56,980 nt of DNA from a virus. Lineage: Duplodnaviria > Caudoviricetes. The DNA is taken from positions 1 through 56,980 of the IMG/VR virus record IMGVR_UViG_3300030372_000635; one strand, given 5' to 3'. Below the pieces are notes generated by a model that did no database searches, was not told the DNA's origin, and saw only the letters and a list, made by a program, of their open reading frames with translations. The translations under genes were made by a program, and so were the position numbers. The first letter of the stretch is position 1; the number at the start of each line of letters is the position of its first letter. Below, piece after piece: positions 18,206-28,550 of the stretch.

Positions 18206-21200
18206 TTAGCTAAAGAAAGGCATACTTCCAATTAGACCTTTACCACCAAATAGACTACCTATTCCACCACTACCAAAAAGTAAACTAAAGATGTTTTCTG
18301 TAAATGCATTATCTTGAGCCTCATCTAATTGCATTCTCACTTTTGCTAACTCTTTGTCTCCAAGAAGAAGATTCATAGTTCTTTCTTTAGCATTCTCTGC
18401 TCCAGTAAATGCAAAGTTCATGATGTCTCTTTCTCTCTGCCAGATCTCATCAATAGCTTTGTTAGTTAAACCATTAACATCTTTTGCAAATTGAAAGTTA
18501 CTTTGATTAGCAGCAGCTGTGTTTGCAGTAGTAGTGTCTTGTCTCCATTTAGCATTAGCTTGTGCTATCTGTGCATACATCTGTGCATTAAATTGTTCTC
18601 TTGCAGCTTGTAACTCTGAGTTAAATTTTTGTATTGCATTAGCTTCTCCTGCATTAAATTGATTCATAGCATTTACTTGTGCAGAATTAAACTGATTCAA
18701 CTGTGATTTCATTGTAGCATTGAACTGAGAAGTTTGAGTTTCATTTGCTGCATTAAATTGTTCAGTTGCATTTTGTGAAGCAGTGTCACTTAATACTGTG
18801 TTAGCTAAAGTTTGTGCTTTAAATATTTCCGTTTGTTGTTCATTATTAAGATTAGCCATATCTATCTGCAAAAAGTTTTGTGCATTTTGAACTTGAGCTT
18901 GTTGTTCATTACTTAAACTAGCCATTTCTAACTGAGAGATCTGAGCAGCTTCTGCCATTACTAATGCTTGTTTATTATTTAAGTTAGTAAGATTCATAGT
19001 CTGTGCCATCTTAGCATTCTCTAGTGCTACCTGCTGATCTGCAGTAAAATTCATGTTAGCTATTTCACTAACCTTTGCAGCATTCATAACTTTAGTTTGA
19101 AAGTTTTGATCAAACTCTATCTGCATAAACTTAGCTCTTTGTTCTGCTTTAGCTAAAGCCATCTGTTGTTTATTAGCTGTATCTATTTGTGCTATTGGTA
19201 ATGATGCTTCCATAGCAGCTTGTATAATAGCTTGACCTGCCATACTAGATGCACCTAAACCTCTCTGTGCCATTACTGCAGTAGCTTTACGCATTGCTCC
19301 TGCTGCCCAAGGTGGTGTATTACCTCCCTCAAACTGATCCATCAAGGTAGTTAATTCATCTTGCATAGAAGCAGCTTTTACTTCTCCTGTACCAAAAGCT
19401 TCTGCTACTTTAGTTTGATCTACTGCAGAACCATCTATCATTTCTCCTACTTGCAATGTCCTAGTAGGAGCATCTTCAACTTTAGTTGCCTCTCCTTGAG
19501 CTGCTTCAAGATCAGAAACTTTAGTAGTATCTTTTGTTTGTGCTTCTATTGTTTTTGTAGGACCTTCAGATTTTTGTGCTTCAACATCATCAAGAACTTC
19601 TTTTACATCTTCTTTAGCTGTAGTAACTCCTGCTTTAGTTGTTTTTGCGTCAGAGGGAGTATCTGCTGTTGCTATATCTGAAACCTGTGAAGGGTCATCA
19701 ACAATAGGAGCAGTAGTTGCTGTCTGACCTGTAGTAGCAGATAATACTGTACCCTCTGCATCAGGATTAATTTGTGATACAGGAGCTGCTACTGCTGTGC
19801 CTGCAGGGTCTAATACTGCACCTGCAGTAAGATCAGCTTGACCTTGTGCTACTTGTTCTTTAGTAAGTTCTTGTCCTGCAACTGTTACTGTTTGTCCACC
19901 ATCTTGATAACCTCTAATCATACCACCTTGATAAAAAGTATCTTTACTTTGAGAATATTCTTCAAATGTCATTCCAATAGAATCTAAAAAGGCTTGTGTT
20001 TGCTCTGCATAAGGTCCTTCACCATATTTATGAACACCATCTGCAGGACCAGAATAATAACCTTTTGGAATAAGTGTGTTACCCATACCATATTGAGGTT
20101 TTCCATATTGAGGATTAACAACATCACTTGAAGTGTCTGCATCATCATCAGTAGTAGTAGTAGTTGGAGCATCCGCAGCTTGTTGTACGAGATAAGGAAG
20201 AGTATTAGTTGAACTATATGGAAAATAACCAATAGGTATATTTTGAGAAGGTGTCCATACACCATTACTATTATAAACACCTAAAACATAAACAGACATA
20301 CCTTGTTTATTTTTATAGAGTCTTTGCTCAAGTTGTCCTGCTTTGTCTCCTGTACCATAAACACCTGCAGCTATTTTTTCTGCTCTTGTTTGTGGTTGTA
20401 TAAGTTGAGCTTGAGCTTTACCTCTTTTAATAAAATTTTCTTTTTGTTGTTGAATATTAGATTCAAAAGTTTGAGCAGGAACTTGTGTTGTACCTTCAGG
20501 ACCTGTCAATACTGGAGTTTGAACTGTTCCTGTAGTGCTAGTTCCTGTAGGAACACTTACTGCTTGACCTTCAGTTGGTATAGAAATAGTAGAAGGTGGT
20601 GTAGTTTCATCAAAACCAGTAGGTATTACTACACCATCATCAGTAAATATTTCTGCAGCTTTATTTATCTCTTCTTGTGTTGGACTTAAATTTTGTGTTA
20701 ATACTTCACCATCATCAGTATATGTAATTACATCTGTATCAATAGGTAAATACTGACAAGATCCATCATCTTGGGTTGCTGATGAATTATAATTTGTGGC
20801 ATTTGGATCTGTACAACCTAAAACTGGTTGTGGAGTTGGTATGACTGGTGTAGGTGTAACATCTGGAGTTGTATCATCAGTACCCTCATCTCCATCATCT
20901 TGTTGTGGCAAATCAACAATACCTGCAGCTAAAGCTCTGTTCGCATCATTATAAGATATAGGTTGAAACTCATCTTTTTCATTTTGATAACCAACAAGTG
21001 TAACACCACCTACTTGTTTACTTGTTAAACCTTGGTTATAAACACCCATGTCGTGACTTCCGGGAACTGCTTCATTTTGTGACGTAATCGTATTATAATT
21101 TTGACCCCCTAAAAAATTTTCTGCTCTAGCATCAGTACGACCTCTTACATAGTCTTGAGACACACCTTGACTTGCACCTGCAGATATAGCTCTTTTGTAA

Positions 21201-21526
21201 TTTGCATAATTTTTACTAAACTCTTCTTGAGCATCACTTTGACCAAAATGTTGTTCTGCAGTTGTTCCATCTGTACTTAAAGTAAAGGGTCCATAATCAT
21301 ATGATGTTTTACCAAAAGGATTATCTCCTGCTGCAAGACTACCTTTAGAAAAACCTAACGCTTCACTTTGTATAAATGCACCTTTGTTAGCAGTAACTGC
21401 AGCTTTAGCTCTTGGATTAGCTTTAACAAAAGCATCTATAGATGTCCACCTTGCAGGACCATCATAACCAAAAGGTTCAAGATTATTCTTAGCTTCTCTT
21501 GCTGTTATCTCTCTTTTCTGTGCCAT
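18206..21526 (-). CDS. large internal virion protein with Q/A/N-rich coiled-coil C-terminus
   Basis: PPWAAGAMR, RGLGASSMAG, repeated QFNA units, C-terminal GG-rich hydrophobic tail (pilot/ejection-like). Confidence 0.7.
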   Translation of the reverse strand: MAQKREITAREAKNNLEPFGYDGPARWTSIDAFVKANPRAKAAVTANKGAFIQSEALGFSKGSLAAGDNPFGKTSYDYGPFTLSTDGTTAEQHFGQSDAQEEFSKNYANYKRAISAGASQGVSQDYVRGRTDARAENFLGGQNYNTITSQNEAVPGSHDMGVYNQGLTSKQVGGVTLVGYQNEKDEFQPISYNDANRALAAGIVDLPQQDDGDEGTDDTTPDVTPTPVIPTPQPVLGCTDPNATNYNSSATQDDGSCQYLPIDTDVITYTDDGEVLTQNLSPTQEEINKAAEIFTDDGVVIPTGFDETTPPSTISIPTEGQAVSVPTGTSTTGTVQTPVLTGPEGTTQVPAQTFESNIQQQKENFIKRGKAQAQLIQPQTRAEKIAAGVYGTGDKAGQLEQRLYKNKQGMSVYVLGVYNSNGVWTPSQNIPIGYFPYSSTNTLPYLVQQAADAPTTTTTDDDADTSSDVVNPQYGKPQYGMGNTLIPKGYYSGPADGVHKYGEGPYAEQTQAFLDSIGMTFEEYSQSKDTFYQGGMIRGYQDGGQTVTVAGQELTKEQVAQGQADLTAGAVLDPAGTAVAAPVSQINPDAEGTVLSATTGQTATTAPIVDDPSQVSDIATADTPSDAKTTKAGVTTAKEDVKEVLDDVEAQKSEGPTKTIEAQTKDTTKVSDLEAAQGEATKVEDAPTRTLQVGEMIDGSAVDQTKVAEAFGTGEVKAASMQDELTTLMDQFEGGNTPPWAAGAMRKATAVMAQRGLGASSMAGQAIIQAAMEASLPIAQIDTANKQQMALAKAEQRAKFMQIEFDQNFQTKVMNAAKVSEIANMNFTADQQVALENAKMAQTMNLTNLNNKQALVMAEAAQISQLEMASLSNEQQAQVQNAQNFLQIDMANLNNEQQTEIFKAQTLANTVLSDTASQNATEQFNAANETQTSQFNATMKSQLNQFNSAQVNAMNQFNAGEANAIQKFNSELQAAREQFNAQMYAQIAQANAKWRQDTTTANTAAANQSNFQFAKDVNGLTNKAIDEIWQRERDIMNFAFTGAENAKERTMNLLLGDKELAKVRMQLDEAQDNAFTENIFSLLFGSGGIGSLFGGKGLIGSMPFFS

Positions 21527-21530
21527 CTAA

Positions 21531-21761
21531 TTAATCCTTGCTCAATACTTTATCTAGTTTATCTTCTAATCTATGTAGTGCATCCATTACCTGTGTAAGA
21601 TCATCTCTAAGTTCTTTACGTGTAGCATACTCTTCTCTTGTTTTATTTAGTAGTATATCAATACGTTTTACTTCCTGTACAAGCCCTCTAAATGCCCATA
21701 CAGCAGGAGCTATTACTAATGTTAAGATAATATTCCAAAACATCCATGCACTAATTTCCAT
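21531..21761 (-). CDS. small membrane-anchored coiled-coil protein (holin-like)
   Basis: N-terminal TM FWNIILTLVIAPAVWAF then LLNKTREEY...RLEDKLD. Confidence 0.65.
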   Translation of the reverse strand: MEISAWMFWNIILTLVIAPAVWAFRGLVQEVKRIDILLNKTREEYATRKELRDDLTQVMDALHRLEDKLDKVLSKD

Positions 21762-21764
21762 CTA

Positions 21765-22241
21765 CTACTCCTGAATTGATTTTAAATACCAGACAAGCCA
21801 ACCAAAACCTACAATTGTACAAACAAGAAAGAATATAAATAAACCCTCAATACATCTATCTTTAAACTCTTGTCTTTTATATAGTTGTTCCTGTCTAACC
21901 TTTCTAATTTTACCTTCCATTGCTAGTAACTCATCCCAAGCTTTATGTCCATGAGAAAACTGTATGAAAGTTTTAAGTTCATATCTCTGTTCTTCTAACT
22001 TCTTCTTAGCAGCAAATGCTTCAAGTGCTTCCTGCTCTACTGACCCAAAGACTTTACGAAAGATAGGTGGGTTTTTTGCCTGTTTTTCTTTTTGTTCTAT
22101 ATCAGACACAGCACCCATCCACTTTGAAAGATCACCACTCATTTGCTCTATATCACGACCTGCTTGAAATGCTCGTTTTAGACCTGAAAATGCAGTGCTT
22201 GCAGTGGTCAGAGCAGCACCTATCGTAATTGGATCAAACAT
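21765..22241 (-). CDS. conserved membrane protein
   Basis: MFDPITIGAA start, coiled coil, C-terminal TM helix. Confidence 0.65.
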   Translation of the reverse strand: MFDPITIGAALTTASTAFSGLKRAFQAGRDIEQMSGDLSKWMGAVSDIEQKEKQAKNPPIFRKVFGSVEQEALEAFAAKKKLEEQRYELKTFIQFSHGHKAWDELLAMEGKIRKVRQEQLYKRQEFKDRCIEGLFIFFLVCTIVGFGWLVWYLKSIQE

Positions 22242-23083
22242 TAGTGCTTTGTCTTACTCTCTATCTTCTTAGTATTAGTCAATGACTGCTTATCAAGAAG
22301 AGTAAAACCTCTACGCTCTGCAAACTTCTGTGGATCACCTTCCCACTTATCTGCACAAGCTTCTAGCCAACGCATAGTCATCTCATGTGTAGGTGCTTTA
22401 CCATTCTTCATTAGTTCATTTTCTGTATTAAGATAAGCAAATACTTCAGCCTGTGCTTGAGCACCACTAATACCTAAGTCAAAGATATAGATCATGTTAC
22501 CTTCATCTATAATACCACCTCTGGGTCTAGCACTTGTTAAGGCTTGTTTCATAGCTGTCATTATGTGGTATCTGTTTTCTTCTCTTTCATACATCTCTTC
22601 TGTAATTTCATCTACTCCTAAGTGTTTAAGAAGTGACTGATATTGATTGACAAAAAAGTTCATCTTACGTATTGCACCTTGAACAGCATCTTGTGCATTA
22701 ATAGAATTTGTTTGTAGCTCTAGTATTTCTATCTCTAACATCTCTCTTTCAAGATCATCTTGACACTCAAGTAACTCACGCTGTTTCATCTTTAGTTCTA
22801 CAGCTTTCTTTTGCATTCTAATATGAGCTTCTTGTAAGGCATTCTTTGTTTTGTTTACTTCTGCTAGTGTGTGTTTAATAGAACGAACAGGAGTAATAGC
22901 AGTTACATCAAGTGTTACACCCATAAACTGTGAGTGTGATTTATGAAAGTTACTAGATGCTTCTTGTATAACAGGCATTTTTTCATCTATGTTCTTCAAC
23001 ATAGTCTTATATTCTGGTTTTACTTCAACCAAGGCATTTTGTATATCTTTTACTACTAAATCAGTTTTCAAATTATCCACCAT
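22241..23083 (-). CDS. coiled-coil protein of the tail-appendage cassette, function unknown
   Basis: 280 aa, SQFM, MKQAL, IDEGN motifs; coupled to neighbours. Confidence 0.7.
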   Translation of the reverse strand: MVDNLKTDLVVKDIQNALVEVKPEYKTMLKNIDEKMPVIQEASSNFHKSHSQFMGVTLDVTAITPVRSIKHTLAEVNKTKNALQEAHIRMQKKAVELKMKQRELLECQDDLEREMLEIEILELQTNSINAQDAVQGAIRKMNFFVNQYQSLLKHLGVDEITEEMYEREENRYHIMTAMKQALTSARPRGGIIDEGNMIYIFDLGISGAQAQAEVFAYLNTENELMKNGKAPTHEMTMRWLEACADKWEGDPQKFAERRGFTLLDKQSLTNTKKIESKTKH

Positions 23084-23417
23084 TTAATGTTGTTAAATCA
23101 TTCCATATTATTGTAGCATGAGTTGCAGGTACAAAATCTTCTTCTGTAATTCCATCTGACGCTATTTGCTTCCAACCATTACCATTACTTGCATTAGTAA
23201 GATAAGTTATAAGATCATCTTTACTTGCTATCTCACCTTCAGAAGCAGATATATCTGCTCCATCATCTGCAATCCCAAGCATTACATGATCTCTTGGACT
23301 TGCTGTATTATCTTTAACAGGATACATACCTCCTGTTCCTTGAGGTACACCAAACTTTAAGAAAGTTGGTATTGTACCTTCTGCTGTCAATCTATATTTT
23401 ACTACCTTGTGTGCCAT
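23073..23417 (-). CDS. hypothetical protein of the tail-appendage cassette
   Basis: 114 aa, KVVKYRLTAEGTIP; AGGAG RBS. Confidence 0.7.
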   Translation of the reverse strand: MAHKVVKYRLTAEGTIPTFLKFGVPQGTGGMYPVKDNTASPRDHVMLGIADDGADISASEGEIASKDDLITYLTNASNGNGWKQIASDGITEEDFVPATHATIIWNDLTTLNGG

Positions 23418-23425
23418 TATTTCTC

Positions 23426-23932
23426 CTATGAAGGTTTAGTAGGCCAATCACTGTCTGCTAAGTGAGGCCATTTAGAATGTTTTGGTAAGTCTCTTAGAGC
23501 TTGTCTATAAGTTTTCATATTACTAGACATTGTTACATCTGAAAGACCAAAGTAATCTGTTTCTGCAAGTAAAATATTTCTTTTACTTCTGTTTCCTTCA
23601 GTTACTTTTGCATCTATACCTGCTTTGTAATTAGTAGTTTGAGTTTCTACAGTTACAGTCTTACCATCTTTATCTGTATAGTCACTATAAATAGGACCTA
23701 CTTTATACTTAGTGTACCACTTACCATCATTTTTATACTCCACTCCATCATCTACTACTATTTGATAAGGAGGAGTAGTAGATGGTCTTGTACCTTCAAA
23801 TACAGGATCAAGTTGATTATGCTCCATAAACTCTGTGGTCAAAGGTTGTGGTGGTCTTTTAGATTTATTCTCTCTTATCCACGTAACGTCATTCATAACC
23901 CTACCTGTGCTTCTCTCTCTTACCCAACCCAT
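23426..23932 (-). CDS. tail fibre assembly chaperone
   Basis: R.KRN.LLAETD...YRQALRDLP...WPTKP C-terminal signature. Confidence 0.85.
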   Translation of the reverse strand: MGWVRERSTGRVMNDVTWIRENKSKRPPQPLTTEFMEHNQLDPVFEGTRPSTTPPYQIVVDDGVEYKNDGKWYTKYKVGPIYSDYTDKDGKTVTVETQTTNYKAGIDAKVTEGNRSKRNILLAETDYFGLSDVTMSSNMKTYRQALRDLPKHSKWPHLADSDWPTKPS

Positions 23933-23941
23933 TATTATCTC

Positions 23942-26032
23942 CTATGCTGCTATTGCGTAAAATATATAATCACCAGTAGTGAACCCACTAGCTATTTGAA
24001 AGCCACTGTTAAGTGGATCAATTAAATCTGTATTTGTAACAGCAGATGCGTTATTATTAAGTGATAAATAAGAGTCATTACCAGATACAATACCTCTAAC
24101 ATTATCCCAATGATAAAATAAAGCATTATTGCTTATACCACTATCAATTCTTCTTACCATTACCAAACTAGAACCAGAACTAAAACCACAATCTACATCT
24201 GTGCTAGAGCCATTGGTATGACTAAAACTTCCTACTTTACTTATTCCTGCAAGGGTAGCCCAAAGATAAGCTATATAATCTTTACCACTTTGATTTAATC
24301 CATTATATGTGCCAAGAGAAAAAACAGTTGAGGTAGGTGCTGTGCTATTCCAAAGTAAAGTTCCACTGTTTAAATTGATGTTACCTAAACTATTTACAGT
24401 AAAACCATCATCATTTGGAGTAGGAAGATTTTTATGATAAACCCACCAACTGTTGCTAGATGAAACTGTTTCTCTTGACTTACACCAAATCATTTCTGGT
24501 GCTACTCCCAAGTTGTGATTTAAGGTTCTTGCACTACCTGTTCCTGTATAAGCGACTATATCAAAAAATCCTGGTGCTCTTCTCCATGCGTTATAAAGAT
24601 TACCACTGTAGTTTCCATAACCATCACCTGCTCTATTTATTAGACCTTTAGCAGTATCAAAACTTGTAGTTGTACTTCCACCACTTTCAGCATTATCAAG
24701 TTCTGTAGATAAGACTTTATTTCCTCGCAATCTATCTCTCATATAATTAGAACCACCACTTGCATAATTATCTCTAAACATTGCTAAATCAACAGGAAAA
24801 CCAGTATTCATAGTTAAATCATTATCATTTAATGAAGTATTACCAAGTTCAACATCAAATACACTAGCTCTACTTGTAGGTGTAGCCATTGGTCCTCTGC
24901 GTATTGCTACATAAATATAAGTTGCACCATTATTATTTATAGCAGCATTGTTGTCTTGTAATTGAAAACCTGTTGCTGTTGGAGCAGTACCATATTCTGT
25001 AGCTTCTGCATCAGTTTTATTTGGATTTAAACTTCTAGACGAATTAGCAACATTAGCAGGTAATCCTCTTATAGTATCCCAAATAAACCAATCATTAGTA
25101 TTAGTAGTATCTTTTACCATAAGCCATTGTGGTTCAAAACCAAGAGTAACTGATGGTCCGGGATTACTAGAATTACCAGTATAAGAACCACATTGTATCA
25201 TACCATCAGAAGAAGTATCATGTCCAAAAAGATAGGCAACATAATTTTCACCATTTGCATTAACTGAATGGTCTGTTCCAACAGTAAAAACACTGGAAGT
25301 AGGAGCAGTATCATTCCACCAATCAGCACTATCAGCCACAGCTGCATTAGTATTAAGTATAAGATACTTATCCTCAGGTGCAGAACTATCTGCTCCTCTG
25401 TGATAAACTGCCCAATTGTCAGTTTGATCTATATTTTTAACTAGTATCATTCCGGGAGCTTGACCAAGACTATGACTTATAGTTTTTCCTGCACTACCAT
25501 CCCCTGTATATGTTACAACATCAAAAAACTTTGGTGCTTTTCTAAATGCCCAAGAAACATAATCATAAGAAGAATCTGAATTTATTGCAGCATCATTACC
25601 CTTTGTTGTAAAACCATTACCATTACTATTGGGTACAATGTAATGCCCAAACTGATCAAAAAATTCCCCATCAGTAGCATTAGAATTTAATCTTTTTTCA
25701 AAAGGATTACTACCTCTTTTACTGTCAAAAAGAATGTGAACATTATCTTGACTTCTATTTTTTATCCAAACCAAACCATCATTATTTTGTAAGTCTATTC
25801 CATTATTAATACTTTGATCAGAACTTGTTCCACTCCAAATATCAATACTAAATATATTTTCTATAAACTTCTGAGGATTACTAACACCTGCTGTTGGCCA
25901 AAGACCCTGCTTGTTAAGAGCTTGAGCTTCTTCTAGTGTCCATACTCCCGGAGCAGAAGTATCTTGAAAGTTATTAGCAGGAAGAACTAATGATTCATCT
26001 TTAGTAATTAATCCACCTAAATATCTTGTCAT
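23942..26032 (-). CDS. tail fibre / receptor-binding protein with internal repeated domains
   Basis: Duplicated FFDVVTYTG..HSLG.APGMI.VK..W.VYH..W..TAPTS.VF.VG module; N-terminal RYLGGLI and GVWTL. Confidence 0.75.
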   Translation of the reverse strand: MTRYLGGLITKDESLVLPANNFQDTSAPGVWTLEEAQALNKQGLWPTAGVSNPQKFIENIFSIDIWSGTSSDQSINNGIDLQNNDGLVWIKNRSQDNVHILFDSKRGSNPFEKRLNSNATDGEFFDQFGHYIVPNSNGNGFTTKGNDAAINSDSSYDYVSWAFRKAPKFFDVVTYTGDGSAGKTISHSLGQAPGMILVKNIDQTDNWAVYHRGADSSAPEDKYLILNTNAAVADSADWWNDTAPTSSVFTVGTDHSVNANGENYVAYLFGHDTSSDGMIQCGSYTGNSSNPGPSVTLGFEPQWLMVKDTTNTNDWFIWDTIRGLPANVANSSRSLNPNKTDAEATEYGTAPTATGFQLQDNNAAINNNGATYIYVAIRRGPMATPTSRASVFDVELGNTSLNDNDLTMNTGFPVDLAMFRDNYASGGSNYMRDRLRGNKVLSTELDNAESGGSTTTSFDTAKGLINRAGDGYGNYSGNLYNAWRRAPGFFDIVAYTGTGSARTLNHNLGVAPEMIWCKSRETVSSSNSWWVYHKNLPTPNDDGFTVNSLGNINLNSGTLLWNSTAPTSTVFSLGTYNGLNQSGKDYIAYLWATLAGISKVGSFSHTNGSSTDVDCGFSSGSSLVMVRRIDSGISNNALFYHWDNVRGIVSGNDSYLSLNNNASAVTNTDLIDPLNSGFQIASGFTTGDYIFYAIAA

Positions 26033-27003
26033 TAAGATAATCCTCCATGAGCACTAGAAATATCAGTGTGATTATATGATCTAATTGCTGCAGTTAAATT
26101 ACCAAAGTCTGTAGCATTTCCTGAAGATGCCATAGTAATATAATCAATCACATCTTGATTAGCACCCCCTGATGTAAAACCTGATGCAAACAACCCTCTA
26201 GTTTTATCAGAACATCCTGTTAAAAGTGATCTTGCAACAGTTAGATCTCCAAAGTCAGTTCCATTTCCTGTTGATGCTGTTGTCACATATTCTATGTTGG
26301 CTATTACAGAACCTCCTGTATTATATCCACCACCAACGAAAACTCTTGTACTGCTATTTGAACTTCCACATGACCTCTGTAATTGAGAAGCATCACCAAA
26401 GTCTGTTGCGTTGCCAGTTGAAGCTATAGTTATATACTGTATAGTATTTGAACTATAATTAACATAGTATATACCTCTTGTTGTGTTACTACCTGCACCC
26501 ATATCCAAACCACTAGATGAAAGTAAATCTCCAAAACTAGTAGTATTACCTGTAGATGCAATCGTAACATATTCCATCAAATCATCATTAACACCTGCTC
26601 CACCTGCTTTGACTGATCTTGTATCATTAGCTAAAGCAGCACATCTTCTATTTAAATGAGCAGCATCTCCAAAATCTGTGGCATTACCAGTTGAAGCAAT
26701 TGTTACATAATCTATTGACTGTGTTCCATTGCTAGTTCCCGGATTAGGCATTCCTTGCCATTTAAGACCTCTAGTTGAACTACTACTGCCACAAATTCCA
26801 TATCTTGCTTGAATCAAATCTCCAAAGTCTGAAGCATTACCTGTGGTTTGTATACCAACAAAATCTAAAGCATCAACATAATTAGTGCTAAAACCACCAC
26901 CAAAAATAGCTCTACCTGTCATGTCAACATATTGTTGCCACCTACCACCTTTTTGAGCAACACCTTGCTGTCTTAAATCCCAAACTCCAGAAAAATTAGG
27001 CAT
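26032..27003 (-). CDS. six-repeat beta-propeller virion protein
   Basis: Six IDYITIASTGNATDFGDL-like repeats; N-terminal SGVWDL; ends HGGLS. Confidence 0.75.
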   Translation of the reverse strand: MPNFSGVWDLRQQGVAQKGGRWQQYVDMTGRAIFGGGFSTNYVDALDFVGIQTTGNASDFGDLIQARYGICGSSSSTRGLKWQGMPNPGTSNGTQSIDYVTIASTGNATDFGDAAHLNRRCAALANDTRSVKAGGAGVNDDLMEYVTIASTGNTTSFGDLLSSSGLDMGAGSNTTRGIYYVNYSSNTIQYITIASTGNATDFGDASQLQRSCGSSNSSTRVFVGGGYNTGGSVIANIEYVTTASTGNGTDFGDLTVARSLLTGCSDKTRGLFASGFTSGGANQDVIDYITMASSGNATDFGNLTAAIRSYNHTDISSAHGGLS

Positions 27004-28541
27004 TATGATAATCCTCCATGCACATTTGAAGTTGCAGAACCTCTTTGATTTGCAGCTAGTAAATCACCAAAGTCTTGTGCGTTACCAGTAGATGCAATAG
27101 TAATGTAATCTATATTATCTACATTACCACTATTAGTATACCCTCCTAAAAAAACACCTCTAGTTGAATTAGAAGTTCCTGCTGTAAAACCTTTTCCTGC
27201 TGTTAGATTACCAAAATCGGTAGCATTGCCAGTGGATGCAATCGTAATGTAATCCATAACATCACTATAAGAACTTCCATCATATCCACCTGCAACAACT
27301 CCTCTGGTAGAAGAGGATAAAGCTGAAGGTCTTGATCTTCTTGCTACAGTTAAATTTCCAAAATTGGTTGCGTCACCTGTGCTTGCTATTGTTATATAGT
27401 CTATAGTATTTTTTGGAGTTGATGAAGAACCTTCTCCACCTGCAAACACACCTCTTGTAGAGGATGCTAAACCTGCTGCACCTGCTCTTGATGAATAATA
27501 ATTTCCAAAGCTAGTAGCATTTCCAGTAGATGCTATTGTTATATATTCTATTCTATTATGGTTAGAATCAGCAGGCGTTCTACCACCACCAATTATACCT
27601 ATTGTAGAATTAGAAAACCCTGCTGCATCCTGATGGTCATCAATTAAATTACCAAAATCCGTAGCATCACCTAATGAAGCTACTGTAATATACTCAATTG
27701 TTTCTTCTGATCCTCCAGTACCACCTGCATAGTAAGCTCTTGTTGAAGAAGATCCTGCTGCAGTAGCATATGAATTAATACTCATATCTCCAAAATCAGC
27801 AGTATTTCCAAGAGAAGAAATTCCAAAATACTGAATAACATTTTGATTAACTGTACCACCAAAATATATACCTCGTTCAGATGAAGGACTTGCAGTAGAA
27901 GCATCACTGTAAGGTGACTGACCAAAAGCATTTATAGCAGATGCTCTAACATTATAAGACTCACCATTAGTAAGAGAACTTACAGTAATAGGACTAGAAG
28001 AACCTGAAGCACCACCTTGTAGACTTGTTTTAACATTTGCTGTACCACCCATACCAGAGTGAGAACTACAGTAGTAGTAAAGAGTAGAAGCAGCTCCTGA
28101 GTCAACAGCTATTTTTGTAAAAGCTCCTGCACTTCCCGGAGTACCACTTGTTGTTACACCTGTAGTATATTCTGATCCACCACCATGAGATCCATTACTT
28201 GTAGTAGATAAACGAAGAGGGTGACCACTGTTACTACTATCACTTTGATCAAATATATAAGTATGACCTTTATGTAAAGTTACAGTACCTTGTGTTGAAC
28301 CATCTATTGCATATTTGTTACCACCACTACTAACAACAGTAACTGCAAAAGTTGTGTCTTCTATAGGTCCTGTTAAAGCACTAGCAGCATATCCTGTAAT
28401 ACTACCACCACCAACATCTGATGGATTAGTAATAGTAACAGTAACTGCATTAAAACCTGCTGAAACACTTATAGTAGGAGCATCAGGTGCTCTAAGCTGA
28501 TCAAAGCCACCTACTAAGCCACCTTTTTTATGTACACCCAT
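27003..28541 (-). CDS. FN3 + cupredoxin-like + six-repeat propeller virion protein
   Basis: FN3 halves (PDAPT..GGSITGY / LTNGESYNVRASAINAFG), GHPL...YYYCSSHSGMGG, six IASTGNATDFG repeats. Confidence 0.75.
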   Translation of the reverse strand: MGVHKKGGLVGGFDQLRAPDAPTISVSAGFNAVTVTITNPSDVGGGSITGYAASALTGPIEDTTFAVTVVSSGGNKYAIDGSTQGTVTLHKGHTYIFDQSDSSNSGHPLRLSTTSNGSHGGGSEYTTGVTTSGTPGSAGAFTKIAVDSGAASTLYYYCSSHSGMGGTANVKTSLQGGASGSSSPITVSSLTNGESYNVRASAINAFGQSPYSDASTASPSSERGIYFGGTVNQNVIQYFGISSLGNTADFGDMSINSYATAAGSSSTRAYYAGGTGGSEETIEYITVASLGDATDFGNLIDDHQDAAGFSNSTIGIIGGGRTPADSNHNRIEYITIASTGNATSFGNYYSSRAGAAGLASSTRGVFAGGEGSSSTPKNTIDYITIASTGDATNFGNLTVARRSRPSALSSSTRGVVAGGYDGSSYSDVMDYITIASTGNATDFGNLTAGKGFTAGTSNSTRGVFLGGYTNSGNVDNIDYITIASTGNAQDFGDLLAANQRGSATSNVHGGLS

Positions 28542-28550
28542 TAACTATCC

